A stretch of 64,000 bases of DNA from Lama glama (taxonomy: Eukaryota): assembly GCA_028534125.1 (NCBI GenBank), contig CM052817.1, positions 65,970,001 through 66,034,000 on the forward strand, read 5' to 3'. Under the pieces are notes generated by a model. The model was not told the DNA's origin. It was given only the letters and a program-made list of their open reading frames with translations, and did no database searches. A program made the translations under genes and the position numbers. Below, one piece after another: positions 63,921 to 64,000 of the stretch (the first letter of the stretch is position 1; every line of letters begins with the position of its first letter).

Positions 63921-64000
63921 CTTTAACTTAGTCATGCAATCTACCACTTGGAAGCCTACGCATGGTTTGTCTGATCTTTCCCAATGACTGTCCTGTGTTC

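Noticed and set aside
1..64000. ORF-track peptides of 60-139 aa as protein-coding genes
   Set aside because: None resembles a protein I recognise. Many begin at non-ATG codons, overlap on both strands, or lie in L2, MIR, LTR or Tigger repeats (for example 9825-10223, 17476-17895, 26358-26765, 38146-38511).
1..64000. Inferring host-gene strand from repeat orientation
   Set aside because: L1 and LTR copies occur on both strands in small numbers, so the signal is not decisive.

Overview
AT-rich, CpG-depleted mammalian non-coding DNA (intronic or intergenic), very probably from a camelid: three short tRNA-derived SINE copies resemble the camelid vic-1 type. I found no recognisable protein-coding exon, RNA gene or CpG island, and the listed ORFs look like chance ORFs or repeat-derived sequence. 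The window is dominated by interspersed repeats: MIR, L2, L1 3' ends, MaLR (MLT1) solo LTRs, a MER21-type LTR, and Tigger, Tc2/Kanga and hAT DNA transposon relics. The most informative object is a decayed class I ERV 3' half at about 50300-52045. It carries a gamma-type env fossil (furin-like site, heptad repeat, immunosuppressive domain, TM anchor), a polypurine tract and a MER31-like LTR, none of which the ORF track shows. Other oddities are an L1 with a probable 3' transduction, a MER3 fragment that looks retroposed, a perfect 29-bp dispersed direct repeat, and a few candidate non-coding exons. I cannot support a claim of a novel biological system. Repeat family names come from recalled consensus sequences, not a database search, and boundaries of old repeats are approximate.
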